Positions 25,201 through 25,404 of a stretch of DNA of 25,404 bases are shown here, piece after piece; position 1 is the first letter of the stretch; the number at the start of each line of letters is the position of its first letter. Source of the DNA: Terriglobales bacterium (GTDB lineage: Bacteria > Acidobacteriota > Terriglobia > Terriglobales > Acidobacteriaceae); assembly GCA_035718705.1 (NCBI GenBank), contig DASTGW010000480.1, positions 1 to 25,404 on the forward strand. The letters are read 5' to 3'. The notes beneath the pieces are model-generated. The model made no database searches and was not told the DNA's origin. It saw only the letters and a program-made list of their open reading frames with translations. The translations under genes and the position numbers were made by a program.

Positions 25201-25404
25201 GCGGCACAGATTCTGATAACCGGTGCGATCGCGACAAAGTAATGGCACATGAATGGTGCTTTTCGGGCCACGAACCGCGGGCCACGAACCCCGCATAGTG
25301 ATTTCCGCCCCGATATGCGCCTTCAGTCCTAGCTTTTCAGCGGCAAGATGAAAGCGCGCCGATCCATAGACGCCATCGCGATCGAGCAGCGCCATCGATT
25401 TCAT
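22276..25404 (-). CDS. dnaE2: Error-prone DNA polymerase III alpha DnaE2 (ImuC); probably 5'-partial
   Basis: GRGSAANS, WPDIDLD, RHLGQHSGG, KVDLLGLG, YGFPESHAASFA, QRPGTAHG and the C-terminal SHDFH typical of DnaE2. The window starts inside the PHP domain: the usual N-terminal ELHxHS segment is absent, so the true start likely lies beyond 25404. Confidence 0.95.
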   Translation of the reverse strand: MKSMALLDRDGVYGSARFHLAAEKLGLKAHIGAEITMRGSWPAVRGPKSTIHVPLLCRDRTGYQNLCRLVTRMKARGPKNCDPVVTAATLDDLREYSEGFICLTGDERGPIAAALRDGGYQAARGAVFTLTEIYGRENVYVELQRHFDREEESRNQAAIAIARELDLPLIATNGVSYAVPERRQILDVLSCIRNHVTLDAAGRLLAQNSERHIKSPQEMERMFADLPEAIANTEVLSSRIEFKLSDLGYEFPKYPVPAGHTINSYLRKLCREGEDERYLKATDELRERAHQQIERELALIEKLDLAGYFIIVWDIIRFCRKEDILVQGRGSAANSAVCYALGITAVDPVKMELLFERFLSEERGEWPDIDLDLPSGDQRERVIQYVYQRYGRLGAAMTANVITYRGRLAAREIGKAMGFDNETLGRLASVVGSWEYKGPQDTLERQFRDAGFDLRHPRMRKFVELAVAVQDLPRHLGQHSGGMVICQGQLDSVVPLEPASMPDRVVVQWDKEDCADMGIIKVDLLGLGMMAVLEDCLDLIPPHYGEVVDLALLPADDEEVFSTLRKADTVGMFQVESRAQMSCLPRLRPVKFYDIVVQVALIRPGPIVGEMVNPYIRRRQNKEEVSYAHPSLEPILKRTLGVPLFQEQLIRIAMVAANFTGGQAEELRRAFGFKRSEARMRDIEVKLREGMAANGILGETQDQIIHSITSFALYGFPESHAASFALLAYASAFLKCHYLAAFTAAMLNNQPMGFYHPSTLVKDAQRHGLKMRPIDIVKSDYECTLEPDLKHESRTTSHDPFVVRLGLNYVRGMRAEVARAIVAERDKAPFHSIADLVRRVPGLRKNELVILADIGALNNIGSTGANGLKLHRRDALWQVERAAREAGPLLEGIQELDQNSPLAMMSNEERLVADFRGTGLTVGPHPMTYHRADLNRRGVRPAMVLPKMRNGVRVKTAGCVIARQRPGTAHGFVFLSLEDETGIANAIVTPDLFEKNRLLLVSERFLLVEGILQNVDNVVSVKADRVLPLVVTDAQTNSHDFH
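23009..23036 (+). repeat. Four tandem degenerate heptamers inside dnaE2
   Basis: TCGTGGC TCGTGGT TCTTGAC TCGTGCT. Encodes KHESRTTSHD on the minus strand. Confidence 0.75.
25264..25290 (-). repeat. 14-nt-period direct repeat (heptamer-based) inside dnaE2
   Basis: CGGGCCACGAACC is exact at 25264 and 25278. The minus strand reads TCGTGGC CCGCGGT TCGTGGC. Encodes GSWPAVRGP. Confidence 0.75.

Noticed and set aside
25380-25404. ATG at the window edge as the true dnaE2 start
   Set aside because: The first PHP motif segment is missing, so the gene most likely continues beyond the window.

Overview
A 25.4 kb, GC-rich, gene-dense bacterial chromosomal segment. Gene content suggests Acidobacteriota (Terriglobia/Koribacter-like), but this is inference only. 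No rRNA, tRNA, CRISPR array or transposase was seen. Left part (+): 5'-truncated Bax-inhibitor/YccA membrane protein, HI0933 flavoprotein, Uup-like ABC-F, and a secreted (Asp-Arg)n/Gly-Tyr-rich protein. Middle: monoheme cytochrome c, a secreted GH99/GH71-like hydrolase, a stand-alone HisKA (DHp) mini-protein, a CgeB glycosyltransferase plus nucleotidyltransferase, osmC, DUF1684, a delta-9-type desaturase, an OPT transporter coupled to a DUF885-like HExxPGH protein, and an alpha/beta esterase. Right part (-), all co-oriented: dnaE2 (5'-truncated), DUF2934, a single-domain receiver, a subclass B3 metallo-beta-lactamase-fold protein, and kaiC-kaiB-kaiB-PAS/PAS histidine kinase with no kaiA in the window. 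Most notable: (1) the hydrolase's last Ig-like domain appears split by an inserted TM-basic-TM-lipobox cassette, a possible undescribed C-terminal surface-anchoring system; (2) a Kai module whose KaiC has Ser-Ser phosphosites and no recognisable A-loop or C-tail, wired to a kinase; (3) an orphan DHp protein; (4) a Gln116 B3 MBL variant; (5) two oppositely oriented TCGTGGC heptamer tracts inside dnaE2. All family assignments are by-eye motif recognition, not database searches.
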